A DNA stretch of 64,000 nucleotides, from positions 22,022 through 86,021 of the forward strand of contig JAUCBJ010001408.1 in assembly GCA_032718475.1 (NCBI GenBank), read 5' to 3'. The position numbers and the translations under genes were made by a program. Position 1 is the stretch's first letter, and every line of letters begins with the position of its first letter. The notes below the pieces were generated by a model. That model saw only the letters and a list, made by a program, of their open reading frames with translations, searched no databases and was not told the origin of the DNA. Shown in pieces: positions 23,301 to 32,805 of the stretch. The DNA is from Nemertoderma westbladi. Lineage: Eukaryota; Animalia; Xenacoelomorpha.

Positions 23301-25912
23301 GTTTGGAGCAGGTAATTGAACTTCTCCCGTGATGTAAAGGCGCACACGGCGATCTGGGATTCGATATAGTCTACGAAGGTATGCCAGTGTTTTGAGCTAC
23401 CGGAAAACTTCGGTGGTTGTTGTACCGGCAATCCCTGTCTGGCTGCGAATTTTGCTATCTCCTCAGCAACGTTCAGAGTTTCGCGTCCTTGGTTGGTACA
23501 CTGGTTGATGTTCTCCCTTCTTGGCGCTTTTCCCTGATACGATGTGGGGTTTGAAGGTACCGGTCTTTGTGGTGCCTTCGGGTGTCTATTGTGTTCGAAT
23601 TCGGTGTTCCTCGAACTATCGGTTTGAACTTCCTCCAGACGCTCCTCGATCTGAGCCAACTTGTTGACAACTGGTCGCAGAATGTCGGCGAACTGTTGTG
23701 TACTAATTGCGTCCGTTGGTTGTAACGCCTTCTGTGTTGGTGTATTCTGTGGAGGATTGTCTGCAAAGGAGTTGTCTGAATGCTCGCGTTTATATTCATC
23801 GGCCGCCCCTGTTCTAAATACCTCGCGTTTCGGGTAATCCGATTCGCTCGAAGTACTATTATCATCTGGATATGGTGGTCGACGTGCTCGCGTCCGTTGC
23901 GTCGTACTAATTCTAACGGTTCGTTTCGGAACATCGTCTCGCTTTCGTTGTTCGGTAGGCTCACAAGTCTTCCTCGAAGTCGTAGATTGCGATGTAAACT
24001 GGTTGAGCGGTCGCGTATCCACTGTTCTCCGTTGTTCGGTAGGCTCACAAGTCTTCCTCGAAGTCGTAGATTGCGATGTAAACTGAACCGGTGGTCGGAT
24101 GACCGCGTTTGAATCCAAAGGCCTTGTAGGTCGAAACGTCATTGGGTAAGCGTAGTGTGTAACGGGTTTAGGTGTCAAAGGTGGACTCACCTGTTTAGTC
24201 GTCAGTAGTGCAGGTCCAGTCAACAAACTACTACGATCTGTAATCGGCGGGTTACTTACCTTGACTTTCGGAATAGGCGACGACGTTGCTCTTGGCGGTG
24301 TAAACTTGTCCGGAATAACAAACCTGTGTTCCGTCGCACCATGGATAGGAGAAATATCACTACTACCCGCAATCGAAACAGGTTCCTTAGTCGTAACCGG
24401 TGCAAACATATGCGTTACCTGTGGGAATCGTTGACACACGTCTTTTACTAATTGTCGTTCCCGTCCGGGTGCTCCTACACTTCCTTCTTTCTTCCGTTCC
24501 TGAATTTGGCGATGTCTTACCTCTAACTGGTCCAAATCATGTCCGTCACGAGATCTCATCGATCGATCGCGGGCCTTTTGATCCAAATCTTCCTCGGCGT
24601 TCGCTAATTCTCTCGCCTTCTTCTCGAGTTCGAAATGAAGTTTAGCTGTCTTCTCTCGTTGTTCCGTTTGTTGTCGTTGCGCCTCAAACTCCGCTTGTCG
24701 TATAGCGGATTGAGCTTTTATTTGCCGTGTTTTCATTTCGGCCCGCGCTTCCGAAACTAACCTTTCTCGTTCTAATTCTGCCGCTGCCGTTTGTCGCTCT
24801 AGTTCGGCCGCTGCGTTTTGTCGCTCCAACTCAGCCGCTGCGTTTCGTCGCTCTAACTCGGCCGCTGCCGCTTGTCGTTCCAACTCAGCCGCTGCCGCTG
24901 CCGCTTGTCTGGCAATGTCTACTTCTAACCTTTCTACTTCAGCTGCTTCTAATTCAGCTTGTTCCTGTAGATGAGAGATTCTTGCTATATTCGCAACGCG
25001 TAGCTTCTCTTCCTCTACTGCTGCCTGCATCACTAGAAGTTGAGCTTGTTCTTCCATTTCTTGTCGTTGTCGGTGGAATTCTTGCTGTTGTCGAGCAACT
25101 TCTGACGTGACTATACTTCCCTCGCAGATTTCGCTACGAATACTTACCAACGATTGGTCCAGTATTCCCGGTGCCGATTCAATTCGTACGGGTGAAATTT
25201 CCCTCGTATATTCCGGCACGGTTTCCCAATCTCCGACGTCTTCGCCGCACATACGTAAGTGGTCCGTCAGGTGTTTCAATTGTCCATCAAGTCGGTACAG
25301 TTCCTGTTCTTCCTCGGGCTGTAATAATTCGTCCGAAACTGATTCACCTAACAACTGGTCCGCTTGTTCCTGTTGTATCTGTCTAATCGTCGACTTAAAC
25401 TGAATCAGTTTCTCTCTAGCGATCATCAGTTTCTCGAGGATTCTAAGTTGAGTATCCATGTCCTGTCTCTGTCTAGCTAGATCTTGTAGACCAATTAGGT
25501 TATCTACGGACTTGTGTACTCTACTTTGTACTCTAACCTGGAGGGTGTAGAACTCGAATCGAGACATCGGAGTGGTCAACTCGTCTAATATGCGTTGGCC
25601 TTCCCCAATACTCCTGGTTATATGCGCCATGTAACCACCGACGCTTCTAATCACACTTTCTGTGCTTCCTGCTGAACTTACCATTTCCGTTTCCCTGTAT
25701 CTAGGTTGCGGAACAGTTAGAAAGTCCTCGGTCCTGCCGTCGCCTCGTACTATGGCATCCGGTACTCCCGTTGGATGTACTGGTGACGCACACGGTGTAG
25801 GTTCGGTAGGCTCGCGAGTCTTCCCCTGTTGTTCTTCCGCTGCTGACTTATCTCCATCACATAAGTCATAGTCGGTTTGTGTATTCTTCGTATAGTCTTG
25901 TTTGTCACTCAT
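20399..25912 (-). CDS. gag-pol: BEL-A Gag-protease-RT polyprotein (1837 aa, ends at an in-frame TGA)
   Basis: Coiled-coil N-terminus. Gag PKFSG..W..F, EKFNYL. Three Cys/His motifs ending CPSCGRNHDGLLH. Protease ILDSASSHSY. RT YYLPHH, DVEAMFHQV, FYVDD. Confidence 0.95.
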   Translation of the reverse strand: MSDKQDYTKNTQTDYDLCDGDKSAAEEQQGKTREPTEPTPCASPVHPTGVPDAIVRGDGRTEDFLTVPQPRYRETEMVSSAGSTESVIRSVGGYMAHITRSIGEGQRILDELTTPMSRFEFYTLQVRVQSRVHKSVDNLIGLQDLARQRQDMDTQLRILEKLMIAREKLIQFKSTIRQIQQEQADQLLGESVSDELLQPEEEQELYRLDGQLKHLTDHLRMCGEDVGDWETVPEYTREISPVRIESAPGILDQSLVSIRSEICEGSIVTSEVARQQQEFHRQRQEMEEQAQLLVMQAAVEEEKLRVANIARISHLQEQAELEAAEVERLEVDIARQAAAAAAELERQAAAAELERRNAAAELERQNAAAELERQTAAAELERERLVSEARAEMKTRQIKAQSAIRQAEFEAQRQQTEQREKTAKLHFELEKKARELANAEEDLDQKARDRSMRSRDGHDLDQLEVRHRQIQERKKEGSVGAPGRERQLVKDVCQRFPQVTHMFAPVTTKEPVSIAGSSDISPIHGATEHRFVIPDKFTPPRATSSPIPKVKVSNPPITDRSSLLTGPALLTTKQVSPPLTPKPVTHYAYPMTFRPTRPLDSNAVIRPPVQFTSQSTTSRKTCEPTEQRRTVDTRPLNQFTSQSTTSRKTCEPTEQRKRDDVPKRTVRISTTQRTRARRPPYPDDNSTSSESDYPKREVFRTGAADEYKREHSDNSFADNPPQNTPTQKALQPTDAISTQQFADILRPVVNKLAQIEERLEEVQTDSSRNTEFEHNRHPKAPQRPVPSNPTSYQGKAPRRENINQCTNQGRETLNVAEEIAKFAARQGLPVQQPPKFSGSSKHWHTFVDYIESQIAVCAFTSREKFNYLLQTLSGEPKRLAETFVGVPDAFELAYDRLTSIYGGTVSMARSVIEELCKGGAITKPVDLLKLADEIKNAITTLRSIGQLDYGNTPTVLLKIIGRLHHRLCREWRKVEYQREERGGFLKLEDVYLLIYREAVVETRSNYTDQHIVAEGITLPSSNRQKPQTTSTKTATYTTSTETRQFSDGSRVSAPIGTKQTRQQLSTDFSGCQYCEHLGKRYIGHKLRGCRQFRELNSEERQLQIRPLDSCWRCTRHGHVRKDCPNTDTCPSCGRNHDGLLHTDSHTPTKRFAREHPEAAARCDAAYRKRESKTTPTFVTHIEDCFSEQSGSSDEESEDDDEYSNGDEQPSIALLTTDQLKGFSVIPIKITGTKGSKRIYAILDSASSHSYVDEKIADVVTDLRQGKQVSYTVSSMHGQRAIPVTRVKLDLDSLLPKSQHSERERSLLPFKDLTFAATKDFSNLLGPVPEQSLEDRKYFRHLGVPECPVNYRSVAMLIGTDQFNLHQVWETRPSAVVAGNAYACRTPIGWYTRAPVRTLDVSDEEVDVQSTCSLLTTNSIHSFSHDVNHTTLQSTKHDRHVTSMISHKEQLTHQVSLKLGEKTSQLEIPSTTDDRLASLPTPITSTVPVDIDDDALKIHQVEQAALDKELTEKTIRWLEQDTAEPGSYEPCMSEQEKQSLKIMEDTIRQTKDGHYEVGMLWRSQSPKLINNYPLALRRLHSIRQRLLKDEKAHLQYNTQMETYLTKGYAIRMTNPEIVTDQTYYLPHHYVRHPDKPDKVRVVNDCAALFEGMSLNSKLMDGPNMNNYLMGVIMRFRQRQVAFTCDVEAMFHQVRALERDRDSLRFLWYPEGDLSLPPATYQMQVRVFGARDSPNCTMYALKQAARDQKHLYDPEIIKIVERDFYVDDGLQSCDTVAHQLRDCLAGGGFNLTKFASNSAELVDSFGTTERGGGDIDLEFEPLPTTKVLGLFWDPNTDNF

Positions 25913-26711
25913 TTCGGTAGTTGTAAGTCAAGTAAAGTGAGTGTCAAAGTATCGAGTTTACCGTATTTATATCTAAACGGTACTAATTACAGTCTTATAA
26001 AATTAGCCTACCGGCCGATTTTATAGCAGATGGATAAAATTAGCCTAAACGGCCAATTTTACAGCAAATAAATGTCACGGAATAAGTATATAATAAAATT
26101 AGCCTAGTGGCCAATTTTATAACAAATAAATCGGATAACGATATGCGTTATCAAAAAGGTAAATTAAATACAATAATACGGACTAATTCAGCAATGAACA
26201 AAGAAATCATACGGAATGCATAAATACTTGAGACAGTGGAACCCACAATAATTTTAACTAATACGGTAATGCCTAACTTATTTATGCAACTTTTCGAACT
26301 CACCCACTCCAATAATTCTCCAGAAAAACAGATTCCCAGATACAAACCGGACGTGAACCTTTCCGTTTTCAGCGTTGCGGACGAAGCGCGATTTTCCCAA
26401 CCAAAGTAGTTGGGTTATCTATCTCCCAAACTTGCTAAACACGGTCTTGCTCCCGTTACAGTCTAGAAATGAGTCCTGAATCCTGAAAAACAAAAGAGTT
26501 AGGTTTTACTTTACGAAAAATTTTGTACCGGTACAATATGGTATTTAAACCCTTTTAAACACCGGTATTCAATTCCAAAATATTTTACGCGCGGTTCAAA
26601 TCAAATTTTATTTCAAAAAATTAGCACTTAGCTAATCAAATACGAACTTTTACCTCAAAATACAAAATTTTCAAAATAACTTTAGTCCTACCGAACCGTA
26701 GTTCAGTAAAA

Positions 26712-26722
26712 CATATTCCTAC
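26712..26722 (-). promoter_or_regulatory. Non-tRNA primer-binding site of BEL-A (GTAGGAATATG), complementary to LTR-internal 27754-27764
   Basis: No TGG-initiated PBS. The 11 nt abutting the LTR are the exact reverse complement of 27754-27764 and 9772-9782. Confidence 0.75.
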
Positions 26723-28607
26723 TATTCGAAGAGACGGTAACAATACCTGCAATATCCTACTGTAAAGTTTGTAAATCAATTCATAAATCCGACCTTCTCA
26801 CCAAAACAGTAAACTCTAAGTAAACGAATATATTGCAGTATCGATCTCTTATAACCGGTGAGGCAGAAAACAGTCTACGAGCAGACAAACTTCGATGAAA
26901 CAAAATCCCGCACAGCAAATCCTAAAATCAGGCTGACTCACTGACGGACTAAGGGGCTCGTATACTTTGCCGCGGTGTGATTTATATGGTTTGGGCAAAA
27001 GGGACGCTAGCTAGGTACAGAGGCAGATATTTGGAGATGTCTAACTAGCGAGCAAAGTGCAGTAAGGACGAAAGTTAATTTTATATATTTTGAGGTGTAA
27101 ATAATTTCTAACGCGCGCGTGTCAATTCTGAACGGTCAAAGCAGTTTTGCTCCTTCACATATATAATTACTGGGTACGGTGTGCATTTTACGAATATTCT
27201 AATTTTATAACTTGTAGGTCCAATACTCACGAATGATAAGGTTCCTTCCCCTCTTGCGTATTTCCAGGACTCAAATTCAGGCATAAGGTTAGTACTACGC
27301 CCAGAATTCGGCAATTTTAGGTACCAGGTCCCTGATACTAAGAAGAGATGTGTTAGTTTACTACTGTAGGCGTACGGGTACTAATAGCTATCCTGGCTCC
27401 TATCAAGAATTTTAGTCACCCAGGTAGTCCGGGTAACTTCCTATTAGGGCGTTGGCGGGGACACGGTAGATGTTAGTATATCCCTGATAGCCTCAATTTA
27501 TTTGCGCCTAGTACGTAAACTGCCCTACCGCCTGAACGGTACAATCCCAATTCAGGTGAAAACACAGCAACCCCCCTAGCCTACAAGTTCTAATACAATG
27601 GACACTGTCGTACGGCAAATAGTCACAGACGCACCTGTACTTAGCAAGAGTTAAGCGTACAGTTTGCTGCACCCTAACCAATGTGTATGCCTTGTACCGG
27701 TGTGCCTACATCCTATCTGCGTACTAGTATCTGCCTGCGCTCTCCCTCCCCCCGTAGGAATATGAAGGTCTACTGCGGTTTTTCCTGAATCAAGACAGTA
27801 CAGTCCCTATGATGTAATTTTAGGCTTGCAGCGTGTCACTACGTCTACCTTTTGATCTTTTGGTCTTACACTTAGGTAGCAAGGATCGAACGCTGTCTAA
27901 CCTTTCAGGCGATGGGCGAATAACTCTAGATGGTATTTCGGGTTGTCTCTCGTCTACATTCCCGTGATGTTCCCGTTCATTGCTGCGGCCCGATCTCTAG
28001 CCGGCCATCCTGTCCCTTAAGTTTGTTCACCGTAGTGAATCCATGATAAAACAGATAGAAAAGGGCTGAGTTTGACAAATATTTCTTACTTTTATTACAA
28101 ATCAAACAGATAAGATAATAAAGTCTCATTAGTACAGATTGAAGAAGTAGTAGGTTGATAAGAAGTGAACTAATGAACGAAATCGCACCTTTATATACCG
28201 AATTTGTGCCGCAATCAATCGAGAAAATTCTCGATTGTTCTACAGGTTCTAACGGGGTTTTAAAGATAGCTATTGGTCCAGCTAATATATAACTTGCACG
28301 ACATTGGTTACAATCAAATAACTACAGTCTCATTGGTACAGATAAATGCAATTAATTTGTAGCGGTTAATTTAAACGAGTTGAAATTCTGTACAAAAAAT
28401 AATTCGCACTTACTAGGATTCGAACTCAATACCTACTACACATATAATTTCCAACGCTCTACCGACTGAGCTACTGAACCACTTGACCGATAGATGTACA
28501 AATGATAGAACCAATACGAATGAGAACTCAAAGCAATCTTTACAAAGTTAATTCGAATAAAATAGAAATTTTGAAAATCCACGGCATTTAGGGAATATAA
28601 TTCTATA
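26723..28607 (-). repeat. BEL-A 5' LTR (1885 bp), termini TATAGAA...CGAATA
   Basis: Direct repeat of 8740-10967. Candidate TATATAAA near 28190 and AATAAA near 28093 on the minus strand. Confidence 0.97.
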
Positions 28608-28830
28608 AATGTCGCACTGCGATATAAAGTTAGGAAATATGTCGCCCTGGCGATTTGGTAGTGCGAAATTAATTCCACACAAATAAATAAAAACATAATA
28701 ATAAAACAGAAGGACTTCAACACGGCAAATAATTATGTTACAAATAATTACTGGTTAAGAAACTAACATCGTTCTTTAGCTCATTATTTACATCGACTTG
28801 GTTAGTTAGGTTTGTATTTAAATATTTTAC

Positions 28831-28893
28831 TTGGTCACTCAACCGTGTAATATTTCCCCCCAACTCTGTATTCTGTTCTTCCAACTCTGTAAC
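28831..28893 (-). CDS. FReD gene exon 4 (63 nt, VTELEEQNTELGGNITRLSDQ, coiled coil)
   Basis: TTTCCTAACAG acceptor, GTAAAA donor, phase 0/0. Homologous to exon 3 and to the start of exon 5. Confidence 0.75.
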
Positions 28894-29069
28894 CTGTTAG
28901 GAAATATTTTTATAAATTTTTATTAATTCAACTCGCTTACAATATCTATGAAATCGTATGAAGTTAAATTTAACAAATAATTATGTTACAAATAATTACT
29001 GGTTAAGAAACTAACATCGTTATTTAGCTCATCGAGTTGGTTAATTAGGTTTGTAAGTATATCTTTTAC

Positions 29070-29132
29070 TTGGTCACTCAACCCATTGATATTTTCTTTC
29101 AACTCTGTATTCTGTTCTTCCAGCTCTGTAAC
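29070..29132 (-). CDS. FReD gene exon 3 (63 nt, VTELEEQNTELKENINGLSDQ, coiled coil)
   Basis: TTTCCTAACAG acceptor, GTAAAA donor, phase 0/0. Confidence 0.78.
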
Positions 29133-29199
29133 CTGTTAGGAAAAATTATTATAACTTTTAAGAAATTGTCGCGCTCTCGTCACCGTAGTAATTATAATG

Positions 29200-29380
29200 G
29201 AGTTGAGATAATGTCTGGGAGACCTCAGGTGACCAAACAAGGAAGGGTAACAACAGTTACGAGCTTTCACCCAACAGGGCTTCTCAAGCCATTCATCAAG
29301 CCCTGTCGGGTGAAAGCTCGTAACTGTTGTTACCCTTTCTTTTTTGGTCACCAGAGGTCTCCCAGACATTATCTCAACTC
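29200..29380. mobile_element. Fold-back MITE (GAG...CTC termini, Sola-like)
   Basis: ~83-bp inverted arms around a ~15-bp spacer. 4-bp flanks AATG / AATT. Confidence 0.75.
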
Positions 29381-29491
29381 AATTATTTTATAACTTTTAT
29401 GAATTTATCTCAACTTGTACCACTTACAATATCTATGAAATCGCATGAAATTACATTTAAAATAATAATTTAAAATAACTAACAAACTTAC

Positions 29492-29521
29492 ATTAATGGC
29501 TCCACATTGTCCATCATTTGC
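29492..29521 (-). CDS. FReD gene exon 2 (30 nt, ANDGQCGAIN)
   Basis: TTATTACAG acceptor, GTAAGT donor, phase 0/0, open frame. Confidence 0.65.
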
Positions 29522-29619
29522 CTGTAATAATAAATAAATTATAAATAGCTCTGCCGTACAATGTAAAAAGACCATTAGTCGCATTTTTTTCAAAATTTAT
29601 TTTTCTGGTTAAGGTTGGT

Positions 29620-30602
29620 TGGAGCAGGTTAAGGCCGGATTTTCTAACCAAAACAATAAACAGTCACTTTACCAAATGAAGGAAAGGAGCAGGTTACAGA
29701 GGTTAGCCTTTCTAACCAAAACAATAAACGGTCACTTTACCAAATTAGGGAAAGGAGCAGGTTACAGAGGCGGGATTTTCTAATCAAAACAATAAACAAT
29801 CTCTTAACTAATTGAAGGAAAGGAGCAGGTTACAGAGGCGGGATTTTCTAACCAAAACAATAAACGATCACTTAACTAATTGAGGGAAAGGAGCAGGTTA
29901 CAGAGGCGGGATTTTCTAACCAAAACAATAAACGATAACATTACCAATTGAGAGAAAGGAGCATGTTACAGAGGCGGGATTTCCTAACCAAAACAATAAA
30001 CGATCTCTTAACTAATTGAGGGAAAGGAGCAGGTTACAGAGGCGGGATTTTCTAACCAAAACAATAAACGATCACTTAACTAATCGAGGGAAAGGAGCAG
30101 GTTACAGAGGCGGGAATTTCTAACCAAAACAATAAACGATCACTTAACTAATTGAGGGAAAGGAGCATGTTACAGAGGCGGGATTTTCTAATCAAAACAA
30201 TAAACAATCTCTTAACTAATTGAAGGAAAGGAGCAGGTTACAGAGGCGGGATTTTCTAACCAAAACAATAAACGATCACTTAACTAATTGAGGGAAAGGA
30301 GCAGGTTACAGAGGCGGGATTTTCTAACCAAAACAATAAACGATAACATTACCAATTGAGAGAAAGGAGAAGGTTACAGAGGCGGGATTTCCTAACCAAA
30401 ACAATAAACGATCTCTTAACTAATTGAGGGAAAGGAGCAGGTTACAGAGGCGGGATTTTCTAACCAAAACAATAAACGATCACTTAACTAATCGAGGGAA
30501 AGGAGCAGGTTACAGAGGCGGGAATTTCTAACCAAAACAATAAACGATCACTTAACTAATTGAGGGAAAGGAGCATGTTACAGAGGCGGGATTTTCTAAC
30601 CA
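29620..30602. repeat. 68-bp tandem repeat, ~14 copies
   Basis: Unit AAGGAGCAGGTTACAGAGGCGGGATTTTCTAACCAAAACAATAAACGATCACTTAACTAATTGAGGGA. Period 68 (29821 vs 29889). Confidence 0.95.
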
Positions 30603-31757
30603 ACGGTAACGGTATCAAATGGAAACGGTAACGGGGTATAACATGTATAAGTAGTTTTTTCGAGTACGTATGAGTTTATGAACTGATCTTTGCTGTTGGA
30701 AGTAGTGGTGCCGCTATCAGTAACACTACACAGACAGTAGTCATGATCTATTATAAAACTGATAAATTATGTATGTGAAACTGAAAGGTATATCCACATT
30801 TTCCACAATCCAGTTTGGCCTATCAATTATTTAAAATTTATTAGCACAACCGGTCAGCCGGTAGGCCTACCAATACCGTATTCTAATGGTAAGGCTACAC
30901 AGTAGGCCTACAGCAGTACCGGTGCCGGTACCGGTACTAAAATACCTAAAATACCTGCTTAATACCTACATCTGTACAAACAATACAGCAATAATACTGC
31001 AAAATAGTGCTCTATATACTAATACCGATACTGATAGCAACCTGGGAGAACAGCAGTAGAGAAACCGGTAGCATGGAACCTAACGGTAAATTTCTGGAGG
31101 ACATAAAAAGTAAAAAAAAAGGACATCATAAGTGATTTAAACGGATAAAAAAAATTATTGCGATAGAAAATGTTGAAAAATCCACCACATATTACAATAC
31201 TGTATTACAAGAAAACTGATATGAGTTGGGGTACAATTGGTGTGGGGACAACGGGACAACAAACGTGGACATGGGAATAAGACGTGGCCAGGGAAACAGA
31301 CGTGGACACGGATATCTAACGCGACATGGGGAGACCAAATGGTGGTGACGGGGATAACCTATACGGACAACTAGACAACTAAAAAGGACAACTGGACAAC
31401 CAATATGGATATCCGGACACATCAGACTGGGGGAGGCCATAATAATAGCAAACCAGTCTGCAATACTGGGACAAAAACCAAAATAAATGTGAACTGAATA
31501 ACTAACAGACAGTTTGTGAGACAGTCAAACAGCTGTTGGTTACAGTCATGTATGCGTTGTCACTCTCTCTAGGATGCTAACCATTTAAATAAAATTTCTG
31601 TTTGTGGAATAATTCTGTGAGAAAACATTTTTTTTTGTTTTGATGAATAAATCTAACATCCTTAATAAAGGGTTTCTTTTTTCAAGTGAGCAAATCATTA
31701 AATGAATAATTCAGATAACAACGCTAAATGAATACTTTATGCATTAAATAAACTTAC

Positions 31758-31814
31758 CTGGAGTAGGAAAAGAGCTGACAGCAGAGAAAATAGTTTAAGA
31801 CTTACGGGTAACAT
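31758..31814 (-). CDS. FReD gene exon 1 (signal peptide MLPVSLKLFSLLSALFLLQ)
   Basis: AAAAATG start, hydrophobic leader, CAG/GTAAGT donor in phase 0. Joining exons 1-5 gives an open ~300-aa protein. Confidence 0.75.
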
Positions 31815-31899
31815 TTTTACAGTATTTTGTAAATAACTTTGTAACTAAAGTTATGATAATTTTCTGAGAGAGAATGGTTTTAATGCCTAAAACTCCTCC

Positions 31900-31907
31900 T
31901 ATTTATA
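31900..31907 (-). promoter_or_regulatory. TATA box (TATAAATA) of the FReD gene
   Basis: Lies ~90 nt upstream of the ATG, with a pyrimidine-rich CTCTCTCAG initiator-like site ~35 nt downstream. Confidence 0.55.
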
Positions 31908-32074
31908 CACTTTTGACAAAGGCAATTACTTATGCAATGAATAACGTCTCATAAAGGCAATCAAAGGCGGCAAGTATTAAGACCTTTATAGAATAATTAT
32001 TAGTACCTTAGTATAGATACCACTGTGTGTTAGTTATCACTTTAAATTACATTCTTATGATTAACTGTCACAGA

Positions 32075-32620
32075 AAGACTGCTGCCGACTGGCTACCATT
32101 TACAGACAGACTGTGGGCGTCTGGATATACCAGTTAAAGGCAGACTGCTGGGGCCTGGCTACCACTTACAGGCAGACTGCTGGCGCCTGGCTACCAGTTA
32201 CAGACAGAATCCTGGCACCTGGCTACCATGTTACAGGCAGACTGCTGGCGCCTGGCTACCAGATACAGACAAACTGCTGGCGCCTGGCTATCAGTTACAG
32301 ACAGACTGCCGGCGTCTGGATATCAGTTACAGGCAGACTGCTAGCGCCTGGCTACCAGATCCAGACAGACTGCTGGCGCCTGGCTACCAGTTACAGACAG
32401 ACTGCGGGCATCTGAATACCAGATAAGGCAGACTGCTAGCGCCTGCCTACCATAAGATACAGACAGACTGCTGGTGCCTGGCTACCAGTTACAGACAGAA
32501 TGCGGGCGTCTGGATACCAGTTACAGGCAGACCTCTAGCGCCTGGCTACCAGATACAGGCAACTGCTAACGCCTGGCGACCAGTTACAGACAGACTGCGG
32601 GTGCCTGGCGACCACTTACA
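32075..32620. repeat. 32-bp minisatellite (ACAGACAGACTGCTGGCGCCTGGCTACCAGTT)n, ~17 copies
   Basis: Visible tandem period of 32. Confidence 0.92.
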
Positions 32621-32724
32621 TACTGTACAGGTACGTCGCAGCGCAGTGGTTACATCGCGTTTCGGCAACTATCACGTTCGGCAAGAGTAGTAATTCGGCA
32701 ATAAAGTTACGTTTCGGTAAAACA

Positions 32725-32805
32725 GAGCACATTACACCAGTGTTGCGTGATCTTCATTGGCTGCCTATTCTGCGCCGTATTGATAATAAATTTGCACTTT
32801 TGAAA
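32725..32805 (+). mobile_element. Small L2/CR1-group LINE fragment (RT C-terminus)
   Basis: Translates EHITPVLRDLHWLPILRRIDNKFALL, the HITPVL..LHWLP..RI.FK signature. Confidence 0.7.

Larger units (their letters stand above)
8740..28607 (-). mobile_element. BEL-A: full-length BEL/Pao LTR retrotransposon (~19.9 kb) with an extra ORF
   Basis: Two near-identical LTRs. AATGT TSD at 8735-8739 and 28608-28612. Gag-PR-RT-RH-IN order with BEL/Pao motifs. Confidence 0.97.
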
